Assembly (NCBI GenBank): GCA_040766505.1
Contig: JAXGQJ010000009.1
Location: 13,251-77,250 of the forward strand
From: Clostridiales bacterium
Lineage (GTDB): Bacteria; Bacillota; Dehalobacteriia; UBA7702
Direction: 5' to 3'
DNA: 64,000 nt
Notes under the pieces: model-generated
Seen by the model: the letters and a program-made list of their open reading frames with translations, nothing else
What the model was told of the DNA's origin: nothing
The model's database searches: none
Part shown: positions 63,592 through 64,000 of the stretch, piece after piece
How positions within the stretch are numbered: the stretch's first letter is position 1
Layout: each line of letters starts with the position of its first letter
Translations under genes and position numbers: made by a program

Positions 63592-64000
63592 TTATTTCAG
63601 AACCACCAGGGGATTCCGCTTGATGTCCTCGATCTTTTCGTGGAGGTCGCAGCCGAGATAATACTTCTTAGGCTTGACCTGTTCGCCGCGGGCCAATTGG
63701 TCCATGGCGGCTTTCAGCCGTTCCGGGGTGGCGGGCAATTCATAGGTGCGAACGCCGGTGGCATTGTAGACGGCGTTCAGAACCGCCGCGTGGGGCGCCG
63801 AGAGATACAGCTCGGAGCAGCCGACGGAACCGTGGGGGCCGGTGGGCCGGTGGGATTCCACATAGTCGATGTCGAGCTTATCGGGAATGTCGTCAATATA
63901 GGGGAAGCCGCAGGCGACGAGGGAATTGTGCTTCTGCACATCGTCATAATCCTCACTCAGGGCGAGGCCGATGCCTTGGGCGAGGCCGCCATAGGCCTGG
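63592..64000 (-). CDS. xanthine-dehydrogenase/aldehyde-oxidoreductase family molybdopterin-binding protein, C-terminal end only (5-prime part beyond the window)
   Basis: ...GLAQGIGLALSEDYDDVQKHNSLVACGFPYIDDIPDKLDIDYVESHRPTGPHGSVGCSELYLSAPHAAVLNAVYNATG, typical of the Ald_Xan_dh_C2 tail. Confidence 0.75.
   Translation of the reverse strand, partial: QAYGGLAQGIGLALSEDYDDVQKHNSLVACGFPYIDDIPDKLDIDYVESHRPTGPHGSVGCSELYLSAPHAAVLNAVYNATGVRTYELPATPERLKAAMDQLARGEQVKPKKYYLGCDLHEKIEDIKRNPLVVLK

Overview
The window looks like a high-GC, spore-forming Clostridia chromosome segment. Markers are spoVT, spoVG, yqfC/yqfD and an LL-DAP aminotransferase; an Oscillospirales-like origin is only a guess. Nearly all genes are on the minus strand.

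Layout, left to right:
- rfbD-B-C-A (dTDP-rhamnose) plus a visibly AT-richer glycan island: a Wzy-like polymerase, three glycosyltransferases and an LCP ligase.
- cadC-cadA metal efflux, a Fur-family regulator, and a DsrE / VOC / flavodoxin-ferredoxin trio.
- tRNA Lys-Glu-Gly, then purA, pfkA, a 4-OT tautomerase, spoVT and panB.
- A sigma-54-controlled locus: BCCT transporter, an IS110 insertion, an Asp/Glu-racemase-like gene, an MttB-family methyltransferase, an opine-dehydrogenase-like gene, a PAS-AAA+ activator and a second MttB paralogue.
- A housekeeping block: prsA, mfd, pth, prs, glmU, spoVG, gntR, ispE, dapL, dapF, glnA.
- An EamA transporter, a Met/Gly/Pro/Gln repeat protein, lgt, ilvA, rsmA, a yabE-like gene, yqfD/yqfC and a GNAT.

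Best candidate for an undescribed system (54960-64000): a translationally coupled operon behind a molybdopterin aldehyde-oxidoreductase-type gene. It encodes a 767-aa flavo-FeS/CCG protein, a zinc-ribbon protein, a radical SAM enzyme, a SAM methyltransferase, a C_GCAxxG_C_C protein, a PaaK-like adenylating ligase, XdhC and a MocA-HD fusion.

Second candidate: the sigma-54 / MttB locus, which has two near-consensus -24/-12 promoters.

Major caveat: about 25 of about 60 genes carry apparent frameshifts. Several sit at homopolymer runs and hit essential genes, so I read them as assembly indels rather than true pseudogenes. No CRISPR array, rRNA or recognisable defence genes were seen.
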